64,000 nucleotides of DNA from Felis catus (lineage: Eukaryota). Below are positions 63,526-64,000 of this stretch, piece by piece; the first letter of the stretch is position 1; each line of letters opens with the position of its first letter. The notes below the pieces were generated by a model that worked only from the letters and a program-made list of their open reading frames with translations, searched no databases and was not told the DNA's origin. The position numbers and the translations under genes were made by a program. Where the stretch lies: assembly GCF_018350175.1 (NCBI RefSeq), contig NC_058368.1, positions 122,638,001-122,702,000 on the forward strand, written 5' to 3'.

Positions 63526-63592
63526 AAAAAGAAAAGAAAGAAGGAAGGAAGGAAGGAAGGAAGGAAGGAAGGAAGGAAGGAAGGAGAGAAAG

Positions 63593-63659
<67 letters not shown>

Positions 63660-63665
63660 AAAAAA
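63526..63665. repeat. (GGAA)n(GAAA)n compound microsatellite, 140-nt pure purine tract
   Basis: Directly visible. Confidence 0.95.
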
Positions 63666-63784
63666 TAAATAACCTAAAATTATGGAACGTTGTGGTAGAG
63701 ACTGTCATTTACTAGTTGTATCACTTTGGGCAAGTTACACAGATGCCTGAGTTTCCTTACCTAAAAATGAGGGTGTTAATATCC

Positions 63785-63981
63785 AGTTACGGAATCAATA
63801 AGTCACAGGAATGAAAGGCACAGCATAGGGAATATAGTCAATGGTATTGCGGTAGGATTGTATGGTGACAGATGGCAGCTACACTTGTGAGCACAGCATA
63901 ATTTATACACTTGTTGAATCATTATGTTGTACACCTGACACTAATGTAACACTGTGAGTCAACTATACTCAAAATAAAAAG
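63785..63981 (+). mobile_element. Carnivore L1 3' UTR fragment
   Basis: GGGAATATAGTCAATGGTATTG...GTACACCTGACACTAATGTAACACTGTGAGTCAACTATACTC AATAAA. Confidence 0.8.
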
Positions 63982-64000
63982 TGAACATGTTCATTTTACC

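Noticed and set aside
1..64000. CRISPR arrays, operons or a novel multi-gene system
   Set aside because: Eukaryotic intronic/intergenic DNA. The repeated units are SINEs, LINEs and microsatellites, and no regularly spaced repeat-spacer array was seen.

Overview
Mammalian genomic DNA from a felid (cat-like), judged by young SINEC_Fc-type CanSINEs and feline/carnivore L1 3' ends. The only protein-coding sequence I can support is the first coding exon of the long isoform of DPYSL3 (CRMP4b/L-CRMP4). It lies on the minus strand at 35724-36113 (130 codons, phase-0 GT donor) inside a CpG island. Bases 1-35723 are its first intron, and ~36.5-64 kb is upstream intergenic DNA. The rest is mostly interspersed repeats: about 35 CanSINEs, L1s of several ages (including a ~6 kb L1MC-type element carrying nested insertions), MIR/L2, MaLR/ERVL LTRs and Tigger2/MER58/MER81 DNA transposons. 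I see no new multi-gene system. The most interesting structures are: (i) a micro-inversion between two head-to-head SINEs, revealed by swapped target-site duplications (58.65-59.28 kb); (ii) a tailless retrocopy of exactly the 5' exon of intron-containing tRNA-Arg(TCT) (14427-14463); (iii) an in-frame 9-bp duplication that doubles a Ser-Pro motif in the CRMP4b N-terminus; (iv) a near-identical inverted SINE pair and a SINE-tail (GAA)13 in intron 1; (v) a perfect 40-bp tandem duplication upstream of the promoter. Repeat family names come from recalled consensus sequences, not a database search, and the boundaries of old elements are approximate.
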